A stretch of 64,000 bases of DNA from an uncultured delta proteobacterium (GCA_963834795.1 CAWIDL010000032.1:168769-232768); one strand, 5' to 3'. Positions 9,090-18,425 are shown, numbered from the stretch's first letter. Notes: a model not told the origin generated them from the sequence alone. Made by a program: numbers and translations.

Positions 9090-10064
9090 ATGAGTAGGGA
9101 TGAACTGCAGGGTCTGGCCCTGGCGCCGGTGGTGCGGGTCCAGCCCCAGGAAGACACCATAGTCCCGGAAGCCAGTGAGGAGTTTGTCCAGACCCCTTAT
9201 GTCCAGGAGATAAGCCGGCGGGCCCTGGCCTACCTGGAGGTGGGCTATCCCGTGCATTTCTGCGGCTCGGCGGGCACCGGCAAGACCACCCTGGCCTTCC
9301 ACGTGGCCGCTCTGCGGGGCCAGCCGGTCACCTTGCTCCACGGTGACGCCGAGTTCGGCAGCTCCGATTTGGTGGGCCGGGACGCCGGCTACCGTAAATT
9401 TAAACTCATCGACAACTACATCCACTCGGTGATGAAGAGCGAAGAGGAGATGAAGTCCATCTGGGTGGACAACCGCCTCACCACCGCCTGCCAGAATGGT
9501 GACACCCTAATCTACGACGAGTTTACCCGGTCCCGCCCAGAGGCCAATAACGCCCTCCTCAGCATTTTTTCGGAAAAGATTCTTAACCTCCCGAGGTTGC
9601 GCCGTTCCGGGGAGGGCTATATGGTGGTCCATCCCAATTTTCGGGCCATCTTCACCTCCAATCCCGAGGAGTACGCCGGCATCCATAAGACCCAGGACGC
9701 CTTAATGGACCGGCTCATCACCCTCAGCCTGCATCATTTCGATCGGGAGACGGAGGTCCAGATCACTGTGGCCAAATCAGGGATTCCCCGGGATGAGTCC
9801 GAAACCATCGTGGAGGTGGTGCGGGAGTTGCGGGAGGTGGGGGTGAACAACCACCGGCCCACCATCCGGGCGGCCATCGCCATCGCGAAGATGCTGGTCC
9901 ACCATAAGTCCGAGGCCCGGCTGTCGGACCCGATCTTTGTCCAGACCTGCCTGGAGGTGCTGAATATCGACACCGCCAAGGTGACCCGGGCAGGCCAGTC
10001 CCTCATGCCCGACAAGGTCATGGAAGTGGTGAAGCGGGTGTGCCAGTCCCGGGGCCGTAACTAG
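9090..10064 (+). CDS. gvpN: Gas vesicle AAA+ ATPase GvpN
   Basis: GSAGTGKTT, DNRLTTAC, YDEFTRSRPEANN, FTSNPEEYAG.HKTQDAL.DR are GvpN motifs. Confidence 0.96.
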   Translation: MSRDELQGLALAPVVRVQPQEDTIVPEASEEFVQTPYVQEISRRALAYLEVGYPVHFCGSAGTGKTTLAFHVAALRGQPVTLLHGDAEFGSSDLVGRDAGYRKFKLIDNYIHSVMKSEEEMKSIWVDNRLTTACQNGDTLIYDEFTRSRPEANNALLSIFSEKILNLPRLRRSGEGYMVVHPNFRAIFTSNPEEYAGIHKTQDALMDRLITLSLHHFDRETEVQITVAKSGIPRDESETIVEVVRELREVGVNNHRPTIRAAIAIAKMLVHHKSEARLSDPIFVQTCLEVLNIDTAKVTRAGQSLMPDKVMEVVKRVCQSRGRN

Positions 10065-10113
10065 GCCGGGGATATTAAAGAGTTAGAGAAAGTTAGCCGA
10101 AAAGGAAATCGAG

Positions 10114-10404
10114 ATGGCCGATGTTAGAAAGGGTCTCAGGGACATTCCCACCCTGTCGGGGCGGGTGGACCGGGTTTCCCTGCCTTACCGGGCCTTCCTC
10201 AAGATCAGTTGCCTGGAGATGGAGAAGGTCCGGCGGACCCGGGAGCGGGTCGCCGCCCTGAAGACCATGGAAAAGATCGATATCCGGTTCCAGGAGATCG
10301 AGAAGGAGAAGGCGGCGTTGCTGCTCATGATGGAGCAGCCCCCCGGGGTGGCTGTCCCCCTCATGATCGCCAAGATGCGGGGTGGCCAGAAGATCAGGTA
10401 TTAA
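10114..10404 (+). CDS. Small coiled-coil gas vesicle accessory protein (GvpV-like)
   Basis: KGLRDIPTLSG, LEMEK.R coiled coil, C-terminal IRY; follows gvpN. Confidence 0.65.
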   Translation: MADVRKGLRDIPTLSGRVDRVSLPYRAFLKISCLEMEKVRRTRERVAALKTMEKIDIRFQEIEKEKAALLLMMEQPPGVAVPLMIAKMRGGQKIRY

Positions 10405-10436
10405 GGATAGGGCATCCGGCCAAAGGGGGTGAAGGG

Positions 10437-10727
10437 ATGGTAACGGTGAAGGACTCCGGCCAGGTACGTCGCAGCCTTAACGTCAAAGGGTTCCGTTCCC
10501 TGGCCTGTTGCACCGGGGTTTCCAGGGTGTGGCAGGACGCCTGCCGACTCCAGGGGGAGGCGGAAAGGCTGGCCGGCCGTCGGGAATGTCATGGTCGGCG
10601 GCTGGCGGCGTGGCAAAGTCACTTTCTCTGGGCTGCGGGGCCGTGCCGGGTGCTGCCGCCCCAGGCCAGGGTGCGCCTGGCGGTGAGGTGTTCATGGAGT
10701 ACGCCCAGGAGGTCCTGGCCCGGTTAG
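10437..10727 (+). CDS. Hypothetical protein, possible diverged paralogue of the preceding GvpV-like gene
   Basis: ATG after a purine-rich tract. KGFRSL..RLQGEAERL loosely echoes KGLRDI..LEMEKVRR; the 3' part looks unreliable. Confidence 0.35.
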   Translation: MVTVKDSGQVRRSLNVKGFRSLACCTGVSRVWQDACRLQGEAERLAGRRECHGRRLAAWQSHFLWAAGPCRVLPPQARVRLAVRCSWSTPRRSWPG

Positions 10728-11062
10728 CCAAGATTGAGGGCCGCCAGGGCCGGCGACTGATATTTTTGGAAACGGTCACCTGCGGCTACTGCCGGGGGAC
10801 CGGTTTTGACCCCAAATACGGGGAGCCTGGCCGCTGCCCGGTGTGCGCCGCCGCTGGGCGGGTAAAGGTGAAGCCGCCGGTGGTCACCTGCCTCGAATGT
10901 GGCGGCAACGGCTGCGCCCGCGGCGACCTGCGCTGTCTGGCCTGCAACGGGGTGGGAGTGGTGTCGGTGCGTCCCGGGGCCGGTCCCTGCCCCCGCTGCC
11001 GGGGGACCGGGAAAACCGGGGTGTTCTATTGCAATCACTGCAAAGGGCAGGGGATCATTTAA
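10694..11062 (+). CDS. Second stand-alone DnaJ-type zinc-finger protein
   Basis: ATG at 10694 after GAGGTG; six CxxCx(G/A)xG motifs (CGYCRGTG through CNHCKGQG). Confidence 0.8.
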   Translation: MEYAQEVLARLAKIEGRQGRRLIFLETVTCGYCRGTGFDPKYGEPGRCPVCAAAGRVKVKPPVVTCLECGGNGCARGDLRCLACNGVGVVSVRPGAGPCPRCRGTGKTGVFYCNHCKGQGII

Positions 11063-11088
11063 ATCGTTAGAAAAAAGGAGAAGCGAAC

Positions 11089-11283
11089 ATGAAGATCAAT
11101 TGCCTGGAGTGCGGCTTCAACTTCGACATCGACGAGGCCTACGAGGATTATGAAGGGGAGATCAAGTGTTACGTCTGCCACCATCTCCTGCTGCTCAAGA
11201 CGGTGGAAGGCCACATCAAATGCGTAAAATCGGCGATCCCGGGTCCCCCGGCAGTTAACCGCCGACCGGAGGCCAGGGTCTAA
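11089..11283 (+). CDS. Small zinc-ribbon protein
   Basis: Strong AAGGAG RBS; CLEC and CYVC pairs with an acidic linker; in-operon position. Confidence 0.7.
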   Translation: MKINCLECGFNFDIDEAYEDYEGEIKCYVCHHLLLLKTVEGHIKCVKSAIPGPPAVNRRPEARV

Positions 11284-11315
11284 CCCGGCCGCCGCCCCCG
11301 AAGAGGAGATCGTCC

Positions 11316-12134
11316 ATGAAAGCTGAGTCCGCCACGGCCCGGAAGATTCGCAACCACCAGCCCCAGGAAGCCAACCCCCAAGATGGAAGTCTGCGGGGCC
11401 GATATCTGTATGCGGTGGTAACCGCCGCGGCAGCCAGGGATTACGGGCCCTGGGGGATCAACGGCGGCCTGGTTTACCCCCTGGCCCATGGGCCGGTGGC
11501 CGCGGTGGTCAGCGATGTGCCCCCTCGGAGGATTCGCCCGGAGCGCGCCAACCTGGCCGCCCACCAGCTAGTGCTCAAACGCCTCCAGGAGGCCGGAGCC
11601 ATGCTGCCCATCTCTTTCGGCGTCATCGCCGGCGGCGACCGGGCCATCCGCAACATGTTAGCCCGCCACCAGGTCGTCCTGGTGAAACAGTTGCACCGGC
11701 TGGCCGGCAAGCTGGAGATGGGGCTGCGGGTCGTCTGGGAGGTGCCCAACATCTTCGAATATTTTGTCAGCAGCCATCCGGAACTGCGGGCCCTGCGGGA
11801 TGAATTTTTTAGCGCCAACCGGGAGGCGACCCAGGAAAACAAAATTGAGATTGGCCGCCTGTTCGAGCGTCTCCTCCATGAGGATCGGGAAGCCTGCGCC
11901 GACCAGGTGGAAGAGATCATGGCTCCCTGTTGCTTTGAGAGCAAGCGCAACCGCTGCCGGCAAGAACGAGAGGTGCTGAACCTGGCCTGCCTGGTGGGGC
12001 GTGAACCCGAGGCGCAGGCCAGATTCGAGGCCGGGGTTTTCGAGGCCGCCTCCCGGTTTGATCACAATTTCGCTTTCGATTACAGCGGTCCCTGGCCAGC
12101 AGCCAGCTTTGTAAACCTCAACCTCAAACTTTGA
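11316..12134 (+). CDS. gvpF: Gas vesicle protein GvpF/GvpL
   Basis: YLYAVV, AHQ.VL, LPISFG, IEIGRLFE, SGPWPAASFV; sits directly before gvpG. Confidence 0.9.
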   Translation: MKAESATARKIRNHQPQEANPQDGSLRGRYLYAVVTAAAARDYGPWGINGGLVYPLAHGPVAAVVSDVPPRRIRPERANLAAHQLVLKRLQEAGAMLPISFGVIAGGDRAIRNMLARHQVVLVKQLHRLAGKLEMGLRVVWEVPNIFEYFVSSHPELRALRDEFFSANREATQENKIEIGRLFERLLHEDREACADQVEEIMAPCCFESKRNRCRQEREVLNLACLVGREPEAQARFEAGVFEAASRFDHNFAFDYSGPWPAASFVNLNLKL

Positions 12135-12143
12135 GGCCAGCAA

Positions 12144-12401
12144 ATGTTCTTACTGGATGATATCTTGTTGTCCCCGATTAAGGGGATCATGTGGGTGGCG
12201 GAGAAGGTGCGCGACGCCAGCCAGGAGGAGTCGGCCCGGGAAGGCGACCTGATCACCGCGGAGTTGCGGGAACTCTATCTGATGCTGGAGTCCGGCAGGA
12301 TTGCCGAAGAGGAGTTCGATGGCCGGGAACAGCAGCTCCTGGACCGACTGGAGCGGCTTCCGGAGCGGCGGACCTTCATCGGGGCCGACGAGGAGGAGTG
12401 A
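12144..12401 (+). CDS. gvpG: Gas vesicle protein GvpG
   Basis: MFLLDDILLSP.KG, L.ELY..LE.G.I.EEEF..RE..LLDRL signature. Confidence 0.92.
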   Translation: MFLLDDILLSPIKGIMWVAEKVRDASQEESAREGDLITAELRELYLMLESGRIAEEEFDGREQQLLDRLERLPERRTFIGADEEE

Positions 12402-12679
12402 TGAGATCAACCGGCTCAGGCGAGAAAGGTTCTGCCACCCGGAGACCTGCAATAAGACCGGAGAGCAGGCCGAGGTCCGGGTCGGCCTGGGAAGAGGAGG
12501 AGGAGCATCTCTCCCTGTGTGAGGCCCTGGATCGGATTCTCACCAAGGGAGCGGTGGTCTCCGGAGAAGTGCTGGTCTCCGTGGCCGACGTGGATCTATT
12601 GTATCTGGGCCTGCAGCTGGTAATCACTTCCATTGAGGGGGCCCGGCGGCACATCTTCGTCAAGGAGCAGATTCATTGA
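12401..12679 (+). CDS. GvpA-family minor protein (GvpS/GvpJ/GvpM-like)
   Basis: ATG overlaps the gvpG stop; LCEALDRILTKGAVVSGEV.VSVADVDLLYLGL. Confidence 0.88.
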   Translation: MRSTGSGEKGSATRRPAIRPESRPRSGSAWEEEEEHLSLCEALDRILTKGAVVSGEVLVSVADVDLLYLGLQLVITSIEGARRHIFVKEQIH

Positions 12680-13065
12680 AGAACGAACCGACCAGGGTCT
12701 CCGGACCCTCTCAGGTGGAATGCGCCTCTCCCGGCATCTTTGCCCGGCTGCTGGCGCCCCGGGAAGGCGAATGGCCGCCAGGGGCTGAAACCTCCCCGTC
12801 CCGCCTAAACCTGGATAAAGACCAGGTGAAACATGGGCTGGGGCGGCTGGTCCTGGCCCTGGTGAAACTCCTCCACGAACTCCTGGAACGACAGGCCATC
12901 CGCAGGATGGAAGCCGACCTCCTCAGCCCCGAAGAGATTGAACGGCTGGGCGATACCCTGATGCGCCAGGCTCAGGAAATTAACCGGCTGCGCCAGGAAT
13001 TTGGCCTGGAGGAAGCAGACCTCTCACTCGACCTGGGTCCCCTGGGCCGGCTGTTCAAGGAGTGA
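12676..13065 (+). CDS. gvpK: Gas vesicle protein GvpK
   Basis: GLGRLVLALVKLLHELLERQAIRRME..EIERLG..L.LDLGPLG signature. Confidence 0.95.
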   Translation: MKNEPTRVSGPSQVECASPGIFARLLAPREGEWPPGAETSPSRLNLDKDQVKHGLGRLVLALVKLLHELLERQAIRRMEADLLSPEEIERLGDTLMRQAQEINRLRQEFGLEEADLSLDLGPLGRLFKE

Positions 13066-13069
13066 AGCC

Positions 13070-13378
13070 ATGGCACGCCAGGCAGTCATCACCCACGCCA
13101 TGCAATCCAGCACCCTGGCGGACCTGCTAGAGCGGATCCTGGACCGGGGCATTGTCATTGCCGGGGATATCAAGATCAAACTGGTGGACGTGGAACTGCT
13201 CAGCTTGCAGATCCGCCTGGTAATTTGCTCGGTGGACAAGGCCCGGGAAATCGGCATCGATTGGTGGACCGGCAATCCTGCCTTCCAGGCGCCTTCCCAA
13301 ATAGGGCCGCCGCCTCACGCCTCCTTCTCCTGTTTGGAGGAGCGCCTGAGCCGCCTGGAGGCCTCCATGAAAAAGTGA
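13070..13378 (+). CDS. gvpJ: GvpA-family minor protein (GvpJ-like)
   Basis: TLADLLERILDRGIVIAGDI...LVDVELL...RL.I.SVDKA.E.GIDWW signature. Confidence 0.85.
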   Translation: MARQAVITHAMQSSTLADLLERILDRGIVIAGDIKIKLVDVELLSLQIRLVICSVDKAREIGIDWWTGNPAFQAPSQIGPPPHASFSCLEERLSRLEASMKK

Positions 13379-13385
13379 CCTCCGT
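13344..13385 (+). repeat. 42-bp segment (3' end of the gvpJ-like gene) repeated in inverted orientation at 63636-63677
   Basis: GCCTGAGCCGCCTGGAGGCCTCCATGAAAAAGTGACCTCCGT matches the reverse complement of 63636-63677 with 2 mismatches. Confidence 0.9.
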
Positions 13386-13960
13386 GCCTGCCAAGCTGTG
13401 ACAAGACTTCCTATCGCGGCAGCGCCTGATGATCCGGTGAGTTTAAGCAATTGAAATTAGAGATACTCAGTAGTCACCCTGCTCAGCCGCAAAGGGCCCT
13501 CACCTCTCAAGAATTGTCTGATAAAAATTCCCCAGGCTAATCCTAAGTTTGTCGCATAAATTCCCTTGTCCTAAGGGTGATTTTTGGTTAGATAAATTGT
13601 ATCCTGTGCCTTGCTTTAAGTTTTGCCGCCGCAGGCTTTCCAGCCTAAGCCGGTGCAGGGTTTTGGTTTTTGGTTTTTTTTGTAAGAGGCCCTGCGGCTA
13701 CATTTGCCTTTTTCGGTTGCCCGTCTCCGCGTCCTCTGCGTCTCTGTGGTGAACGCTTGGGCCCGGCGGCTACATTTGCCTTTTTCAATTGCCCGGTCTA
13801 TGCATAATCTTTGACGGACACTCCTGATATGTAATATTCTTAATGGGAGAATCTTATATGGGGTCCCTTATTTATCCCCTCTCCCCCGATGGGGGAGAGG
13901 GTTAGGGTGAGGGGGAAGATAATCTCATTTACGCCCCCATTAATAATCAGCGACCCTCTC

Positions 13961-14544
13961 ATGGCAGACTTGAATAACCCTAAAAGCAGGTTTTTTGACT
14001 ATTTGCTGGCAAGCAACCAACCTCTGATGGACGGTTTTGATCATTGGCTCTTCCAGGCGGGGATGTTGTTCGGCTCCTGGGAAAAATGGTGGGGTGATGG
14101 GAAGAAGAGAGCCATGGCCCACGAAGGCCTGGACCTCTGCGGTTTTCAAGATTCCCTGGGCGCCGCTAAAGTGGTGGACCTGAGTCTAAAGATACCTGCT
14201 GCCTTTGCCGGGAAGATCGTAAAGATTGCCGGCGATTTTCTGGGAAAATCAATTTATCTCAGCCATGAGATCTTTTCTGAAGACAGCCTCCAGCTCTATA
14301 CCATCTATGGCCACACTGAGCCCCTGGCATCCATGGCCCCCTCCCAAGAAGTGGCGGAAGGACAGATAGTCGCCACCCTCTCCCGGTCCTTTGGCAAAAA
14401 CCCCACCATTCCTCCCCACTTGCACGTCACCTTTGTCTGGCTGCCTGCTCCCCTGCCCCCCGCGGGTTAACCTGGCAAAACCTGAGCCATGATCCTGCCA
14501 TCCGGTTCATCGATCCCCTGACCGTTTTGTCGCCCCCCGCCTGA
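13961..14544 (+). pseudogene. M23-family metallopeptidase, copy A, frameshifted near the 3' end
   Basis: Near-identical to 20829-21413 but lacks one C near 14465 (GCGGGTTAA vs GCGCGGTTAA), giving a premature stop. Confidence 0.75.
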
Positions 14545-14727
14545 AGTCTCGCTTTCTCCAGCCAAGCGTATGGTCACGGATGGGGCATATTGACCAAAGG
14601 TGGAGGGAGTCCAGGTCTCCGGGGTTCCCCTTTTCGACTCTAAACCTGGGCAGGGACCACAGGGGGCGAGCCCCCAGGCCAGTCGTGGCGAGGATGCAAG
14701 GGTGGGCGGCGAGTGGCCTATGGAGAA

Positions 14728-14924
14728 GAACCTATCACCCAGGGCCGTCGACGCTGGTGGTGCGCCTGCCCTCTGGGAGCGATAAGCGTGGAAACTTTAC
14801 CCCCACGGGCGTGGGGACAATGCAAGCCGAAAAACGACAGAGAAAGCGGCGTGGGCGGTCACCAAGAGCACATAAATTATGGATATGGGAAGTTTTTGGC
14901 CCTGTGATAAGTGTCGGATCATAG
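14728..14924 (+). repeat. Junction module R, copy 1 (others 21597-21793, 32366-32562)
   Basis: About 197-bp conserved block from GAACCTATCACCC to CTGTGATAAGTGTCGGATCATAG, containing a CCCCAC-GGGC-GTGGGG hairpin. Confidence 0.9.
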
Positions 14925-14994
14925 GAGTGAGTTTGCAATGGGCGATTTTTGTTATATACATATTGTGTAAACTTGCTGGTCCCTATTTTTTGCC

Positions 14995-15273
14995 ATAGGG
15001 CGGGAAAGTGAAACGCATCCCGCCTTGAGCAATTGGGTAAGGCCTAACGTATGCCGCAATATATTCGCGCCTTTGTTCCTGGCGGCACGTTCTTCTTCAC
15101 GGTCACTCTGCTGGAACGCCGCCGGAAACTCTTGACCGAAACCTATTTAAGCTTTCACCGATACGTGGAATGCGACATTTATATAACGTAAGAATGGGCG
15201 GCAGATGATAACGTTCGAAATATAGAGATGAGATAATGCTAAAGGCGGGATGCGCTACGCTTTCCCGCCCTAC
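14995..15273 (+). mobile_element. Internally deleted REP-associated tyrosine transposase (RAYT/TnpA-REP) flanked by inverted REPs
   Basis: Inverted 30-bp REPs at 14995-15024 and 15244-15273 (GTAGGGCGGGAAAG..CATCCCGCC). Between them, MPQYIRAFVPGGTFFFTVTLLERR (from 15051) is joined to an SFHRYV-type C-terminal remnant. Confidence 0.8.
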
Positions 15274-15472
15274 GGGCTGTCAATGAAGCTTGGTAGCCGC
15301 AGGATTTGCACTGATATAAGTGGCGCGTGCGGTGAAAATAGGCTTCCGCATGACCACAGCGAGGGCACTTGAAGCCTTCGGGCCAACGCAACCGAAACAA
15401 TTGTTTCTGACAGGCTTTTTTGGTACCAAACTTTTTTTGAAATTGTAGCAGACTGAGCGTTTTCTGTTGCAT
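15274..15472 (-). pseudogene. IS1595-family transposase N-terminal zinc-ribbon fragment
   Basis: F..KFGT..AC...L...RWPEGFKCPRCG..LYQCKSCGYQASLTA; similarity stops at the REP. Confidence 0.85.
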
Positions 15473-15672
15473 GAGTTTGCTCCAATTCGCTATATATTTT
15501 AATTAATTATAGCATATTGATCGGAGCAAAATCAATAAGCGTTATATTCTATTTGCTTCCTACCTTCGGTCTAACAACGTATCGCAGCAGGAAGGAAGAC
15601 ATCTAATACTTTGCAAGGATGAGGGCCGGCACCAAGCCCAAAACCCATAGTTAGCGGGCATTATCGGGAAGT

Positions 15673-18171
15673 TTATTCTATGGCGCTCTTCGCGAGCTCC
15701 CGGGCTTCCTCGACTTTTCTCTTATCCTCGGAACTGAGCTTTTCCGGACCGATGTCGATGACCACTTTCTTGAGGGTGCCGGTGAACTTGAAGGGCATCT
15801 TCGCGGCGTAGTCCTCAGAGACCGGGGTGCCGGTGTCCTCGCCGATGTCCAGCGTCTCATCGAGGGAGATGCGGAACGGCAGCGTCCGTTCGATGCGGCC
15901 TGCTGCGGCTTTCTGGCCGTCCACGGTCAGGGTGGCCATGCCGCCCTTGCCGATGCCGCCGCCGTCATACTTGAAGTCCAGCATGATGGTATGCTTGCCG
16001 GCCGGAAGCTTGTCCCTGCCGGCGACCTGGTAACGGGCCACCCCGGCGAGGTTATAGAGAAAGACGGGCTTGTCGTCCAGCAGGTAGAGGCCGTAGCCGC
16101 TAAAACGGCCGCCCTGGGTCACCAGCATTCCTTGGGCGCCGCCTTCAGGAATCTCCACTTCCGCGGTGAGCCGGAAAGACTTGTTTTTAATGTCCGGTGC
16201 GGCGCCTTCCGGAATACGCACCATCCCCGGGAAGTAGGTGAATTCGCTGCGCCCCCTGGTGAGGCTGGGCCGAATCGCCGTATCAAAGCGCTCAAGCATC
16301 GAGGTCTGGATCGGGTAAACGTTGTACTTCCACGCTTCCCGGTCAAACAGCGCCTTCAGTTCCTTGAGTTTGGCCGGGTACCGGGCTGCCAGGTTGTTGG
16401 CCTGGCTGAAGTCCTTGGTCACATGATAAAGCTCCCATTTAAAATCGTCGGGGTTAGGCTCCGGGCCCGGTACCCAGTTCAGAGCCAGGGGGGTGGTGCT
16501 GGCCATCCAGCCGTCATGATAAATGCCGCGGTTGCCAATGATCTCAAAATACTGCGTTTTGTGCCGGCTGGGGGCCCCCGGGTGGTCGAAAGTGTACATC
16601 ATGCTCACGCCCGCCAGGGGCTTCTGTTTCACGCCATTCAGCATCGTGGGAAACTTGAGGCCCGTGGCTTCCATGAGGGTAGGCACGATGTCAATGACGT
16701 GGTGGAACTGAGAACGAATGCCGCCCTTGTCCTTGATGCGCGCCGGCCAGGAGATGACCATGCCGTTGCGGGTGCCGCCGAAATGGGAGGCGATTTGTTT
16801 GACCCACTGCAACGGCGTATCCAGGGCATGGGCCCAGCCTACGGGATAGTGATTGTAGGTCAGGGGCCCGCCGAGATCGTCCATGCGGCGGAGCACTTCA
16901 TTGAAGTCTTCAGGGATGCCGTTCCAGAACGTCATCTCATTTAGCAAACCCTGCAGGGTGCCTTCGGAGCTGGCGCCGTTGTCGCCCTGGATGTAGATGA
17001 TCAGGGTATTGTCCAGCTCGCCCAACTGCGCGACCGCGTCAACAACCCGGCCGATCTGGTAATCGCAGTGCGCCAGGGCCCCGGCATACACTTCCATCAT
17101 GTGGGCGTATAACCGCTTATGGCCGGCGTCCAGGGTGTCCCACGCCGGGATCGACTCTGGCCGCGGCGTCAGCCTGGTGTCGGCGGGGATGAGGCCCAGT
17201 TTTTTTTGCCGCTCAATGGTTTCCTCGCGCAACTTATCCCACCCCTGGTCGAACTGGCCCTTGAACCTGGCGATCCATTCTTTCGGCGCATGAATTGGAG
17301 CATGGGTCGAACCCGGGACATAGTAGGCGAAGAAGGGCTTGTCGGGCGCCAGGGCGTGCTGCTCGCGAATCCAGGCGATGGCGTGGTCGGCCAGATCACG
17401 GTCCAGGATGTAGGTTGGATCATTATATGGAGGCTCTATCGGTCGGGTGTTCTCGACGAGCGCCGGGTGCCACTGGTCGGTTTCGCCGCCGATGAAGCCA
17501 TAAAAGTATTCGAACCCGAGACCGGCGGGCCAGAGATCGAAGGGCCCAGCCTGGCTGCCTTGCCAATCGGGCACGTTGTGGTCCTTGCCGAACCAGGAGG
17601 TGTTGTAGCCATTCTGCCTCAGCACCTCGCCGATGCTGCCGCAACTCTTGGGCAACAGGGTATTGTAGCCGGGATAGCCGGTGCCCGTCTCCATGACTAA
17701 TCCGGTGGCGCAGGTATGATGGTTCCGCCCGGTGAGCAGCGCCGCCCGGGTGGGCGAGCAGAGGGCGCAGGTATTAAACTGTGTAAAGCGCAGGCCGTTG
17801 GCGGCCAGCCGGTCCAAGGTCGGGGTGGGGATGGGCCCGCCGAAGGTGCTGGCGGCGCTAAAACCCACGTCGTCCGTCATGATCAGCAAGATGTTGGGCG
17901 CTCCCTTGGGGGCCCGCACCTCCTTGGGGAAATCCGGTTTGGAGTCCTTGGTAGTGCGTCCGATCTTGCCGCGGAACGGCGGCTCCGGCCGCGGCAAAAC
18001 TTCCTGAGCGGCCTTGGCGGCTTCGGCCTTGGCGGCTTCGGCCGGCGACTGCGGCGCGACGAGGGCTCCCACCGTGCCGGTCCCAACGGCAAGCCCGGTA
18101 AGTCCCACGGTCTTCACGAAATCCCGGCGGGTAAATCTTGTACCTTTCGGATTCGGGCTCATGGTAACCAC
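15673..18171 (-). CDS. Tat-exported Cys-type arylsulfatase
   Basis: TRRDFVK Tat signal; PNILLIMTDD, CSPTRAALLTG (CxPxR), GKDH and GDNG motifs. Confidence 0.95.
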   Translation of the reverse strand: MVTMSPNPKGTRFTRRDFVKTVGLTGLAVGTGTVGALVAPQSPAEAAKAEAAKAAQEVLPRPEPPFRGKIGRTTKDSKPDFPKEVRAPKGAPNILLIMTDDVGFSAASTFGGPIPTPTLDRLAANGLRFTQFNTCALCSPTRAALLTGRNHHTCATGLVMETGTGYPGYNTLLPKSCGSIGEVLRQNGYNTSWFGKDHNVPDWQGSQAGPFDLWPAGLGFEYFYGFIGGETDQWHPALVENTRPIEPPYNDPTYILDRDLADHAIAWIREQHALAPDKPFFAYYVPGSTHAPIHAPKEWIARFKGQFDQGWDKLREETIERQKKLGLIPADTRLTPRPESIPAWDTLDAGHKRLYAHMMEVYAGALAHCDYQIGRVVDAVAQLGELDNTLIIYIQGDNGASSEGTLQGLLNEMTFWNGIPEDFNEVLRRMDDLGGPLTYNHYPVGWAHALDTPLQWVKQIASHFGGTRNGMVISWPARIKDKGGIRSQFHHVIDIVPTLMEATGLKFPTMLNGVKQKPLAGVSMMYTFDHPGAPSRHKTQYFEIIGNRGIYHDGWMASTTPLALNWVPGPEPNPDDFKWELYHVTKDFSQANNLAARYPAKLKELKALFDREAWKYNVYPIQTSMLERFDTAIRPSLTRGRSEFTYFPGMVRIPEGAAPDIKNKSFRLTAEVEIPEGGAQGMLVTQGGRFSGYGLYLLDDKPVFLYNLAGVARYQVAGRDKLPAGKHTIMLDFKYDGGGIGKGGMATLTVDGQKAAAGRIERTLPFRISLDETLDIGEDTGTPVSEDYAAKMPFKFTGTLKKVVIDIGPEKLSSEDKRKVEEARELAKSAIE

Positions 18172-18425
18172 CTCATAGACTTATGGTTAATGATTATTAA
18201 AATTTAGCCCAATCTAAATCCGGTTTTTATTATAATGCAGGGCAGGACCGCCGGCTTAACCGCCAGGCTCCCGAAGAGGCGTTCATGGTGTCCTCCTTTA
18301 ACGGTGGGGCTATTGACATCCTTTTGCCAATTAATTCCTAAACTTTATCCTTTCCATGGAGATTACCTTAAGGCTCCTATGTGCGTAGTCAAGGGCACGT
18401 ATGCGCCAGATGCTTGTGTTGCTCA

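Larger units (their letters stand above)
13695..14924 (+). repeat. Long direct repeat, copy A (partner 20462-21793)
   Basis: Shared CGGCTACATTTGCC doublet, REP-like CCCCTCTCCCCC..GGGGGAGAGGG hairpin, near-identical M23 gene, and downstream module ending GGATCATAG. Confidence 0.95.

Noticed and set aside
14728..14821. A true CRISPR array in the R module
   Set aside because: Only one convincing repeat-like unit per copy; the segment about 62 bp upstream matches weakly, flanks are conserved rather than unique spacers, and no cas genes are present.
14946..14973. Possible chromosomal dif site (TTGTGTAAACT arm)
   Set aside because: The XerC-side arm is poor, so it cannot be distinguished from AT-rich background.
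15991..16944. Long antisense ORFs opposite the sulfatase, Cdc48, iorA and paaK genes
   Set aside because: Typical shadow frames of GC-rich coding DNA with no recognisable motifs.
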